The notes under the pieces are model-generated. The model had not been told where the DNA came from, did no database searches, and saw only the letters and a program-made list of their open reading frames with translations. A stretch of 63,906 bases of DNA, filler included, from Vicugna vicugna (taxonomy: Eukaryota), in NCBI GenBank assembly GCA_013265495.1. It is 76 parts of 75 records of this genome, joined end to end, with 100 filler letters (N's around TTAATTAATTAA, not from the genome) between each part and the next. Parts side by side here need not be neighbours in the genome. Positions count along the whole stretch, not along the records: positions 61,765 to 62,510 come from PNXW01000286.1; positions 62,611 to 63,139 come from PNXW01000287.1; positions 63,240 to 63,734 come from PNXW01000293.1; positions 63,835 to 63,906 come from MU057496.1; 72 more parts are not named here. The stretch is one strand, 5' to 3'. A program made the position numbers and the translations under genes. Below, one piece after another: positions 62,467-63,906 of the stretch (position 1 is the first letter of the stretch; every line of letters starts with the position of its first letter).

Positions 62467-62510
62467 TGAGACAGGACGGAAGGGGGAAGAGCACAGCCAT
62501 TCAAGGAAGG
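62467..62510 (+). mobile_element. 5' start of an LTR of the same family as 36076-36629
   Basis: TGAGACAGGACGGAAGGGG...GCACAGCCATT versus TGAGACAGGAGGGAAGGGG...GCACAGCCATT. Confidence 0.65.
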
Positions 62511-62610
62511 NNNNNNNNNNNNNNNNNNNNNNNNNNNNNNNNNNNNNNNNNNNNTTAATTAATTAANNNNNNNNNNNNNNNNNNNNNNNNNNNNNNNNNN
62601 NNNNNNNNNN

Positions 62611-63139
62611 ATAGAATATCGAATATAGAATATAGAACACAGAATTTAGCATATAAAATAGAGAATACTAATAATAGTATTTAGAAAATACAATGCAGAA
62701 CACAGAATATAGAATATAGAATATAGAATATAGAACCCAGAATTTAGGACATGGAAAGCAGAACACAGAATTTAGAATATAGAAATCAGAATACTGAATA
62801 CAGAATTCAGAATATAGAATGTAGAACACAGAATATTGAATATAGACTATGGAATGCAGAATATAGAGTATAGAATATAGAATGATGAACACAAAATATA
62901 GAATTTGGAATAGAAAATATAGAACCCAGAATTAAGAACATGGAATGTAGAACACAGAATTTACAATATAGAATACAGAATACTGAATATCGAATTTAGA
63001 ATATGAATGTAGAACACAGTATATGAATGGAATGTACAGATAGCAGAATATTGAATGCAGAATATAAAATGTAGAAAACAGAATTTAGAATATTGAAAAC
63101 CGAATATAGAACCCAGAATTTAGAACATGGAATGCAGAA
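62611..63139 (+). repeat. Satellite E heptamer array
   Basis: AGAATAT variants; agaacccagaatt at 62732, 62921 and 63108. Confidence 0.95.
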
Positions 63140-63284
63140 NNNNNNNNNNNNNNNNNNNNNNNNNNNNNNNNNNNNNNNNNNNNTTAATTAATTAANNNNN
63201 NNNNNNNNNNNNNNNNNNNNNNNNNNNNNNNNNNNNNNNCCTGCATTGGCCCCAAGGCGACCACTCCACTGAGCTTTCCCGGGG

Positions 63285-63545
63285 GTATTGCACGATTTGA
63301 CAAGACCAACCATATCCCCTGTATAAAGACCACTGCATCCCAAGGCCACCTGTCCATTGTTACCCTTCTTTTGCCGTAAAATGTGCTCCATGGACGGTGG
63401 TGGGGGTACCACCTTGGAATGTACGTTCCATGGTCTCCACATGGTAGGGTTGACCGAGGAACTGTAGGCGAGACAGCAAATCGGACGCAAACATGAACAC
63501 GGACGAAGTGTGCGTTGACTCGAATAAAGACAGCTTGTCAACCAT
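63285..63545 (-). mobile_element. Decayed ERV-L-like integrase core fragment
   Basis: Minus strand ...SVFMFA...VHGAHFTAKEG*QWTGGLGMQWSL / GLVKSCN resembles the ERVL rve motif DQGTHFTAKEVRQWAHAHGIHWSYH...GLIERWN. Confidence 0.65.
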
Positions 63546-63834
63546 GGCAGGATGAGAAGGAGCTGGCTGGTCTGGACACAAAGAGGATGCTCAGCCCCTT
63601 TCTGTGCTTGGGAGGCTGGGAGTCAAGAGCGGGAGTCACTGTCTTTGATGTGGCGAGAGAGAATACGCCCATGACCTTGGCCCACGTACAGTTCTGTTTC
63701 TGCCTCTGTGTCTACTCCGAGTGCAGGGACCACCNNNNNNNNNNNNNNNNNNNNNNNNNNNNNNNNNNNNNNNNNNNNTTAATTAATTAANNNNNNNNNN
63801 NNNNNNNNNNNNNNNNNNNNNNNNNNNNNNNNNN

Positions 63835-63906
63835 TGTATTCTGCATGTTCTTAATTCTGGTTTCTATAAACTGTATTCTACATTCTATATTCTGTGTTCT
63901 ACATTC
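63835..63906 (-). repeat. Satellite E (window edge)
   Basis: ATTCTAC/ATTCTAT/ATTCTGT units. Confidence 0.85.

Noticed and set aside
618..63790. Regularly recurring TTAATTAATTAA as a CRISPR-like or regulatory array
   Set aside because: It is always centred in an N-flanked 100-nt block, so it is a synthetic linker. There are no cas genes and the DNA is mammalian.

Overview
This window is not a contiguous locus. It is an artificial concatenation of about 76 short unplaced scaffolds (roughly 0.1-2 kb) joined by a fixed 100-nt linker, 44 N + TTAATTAATTAA + 44 N, which has stop codons in all six frames. Adjacency between pieces therefore has no biological meaning, and ORFs running through N are artefacts. 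The DNA is mammalian and very likely camelid, judged from L1 ORF1 and 3'UTR sequence that I recognise by eye. About half of the scaffolds are satellite DNA, in five families: (A) a homogeneous GC-rich 267-bp satellite; (B) a diverged ~262-270-bp relative of A with at least three monomer subtypes; (C) a ~248-bp satellite plus an AT-shifted subfamily; (D) an AT-rich ~746-bp trimer of ~249-bp subunits that is homologous to C; (E) an (AGAATAT)n heptamer satellite. The rest is L1, L2, MIR and ERV/LTR debris, three pairs of diverged paralogous low-copy segments, a 63-bp coding-like minisatellite and a short telomere-variant tract. I find no intact protein-coding gene, RNA gene, CRISPR array or prokaryotic system. 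The most interesting signals are the relationships and higher-order structure among the satellite families, a possibly tandemly amplified rearranged L1 unit, and the 21-codon proline-rich repeat.
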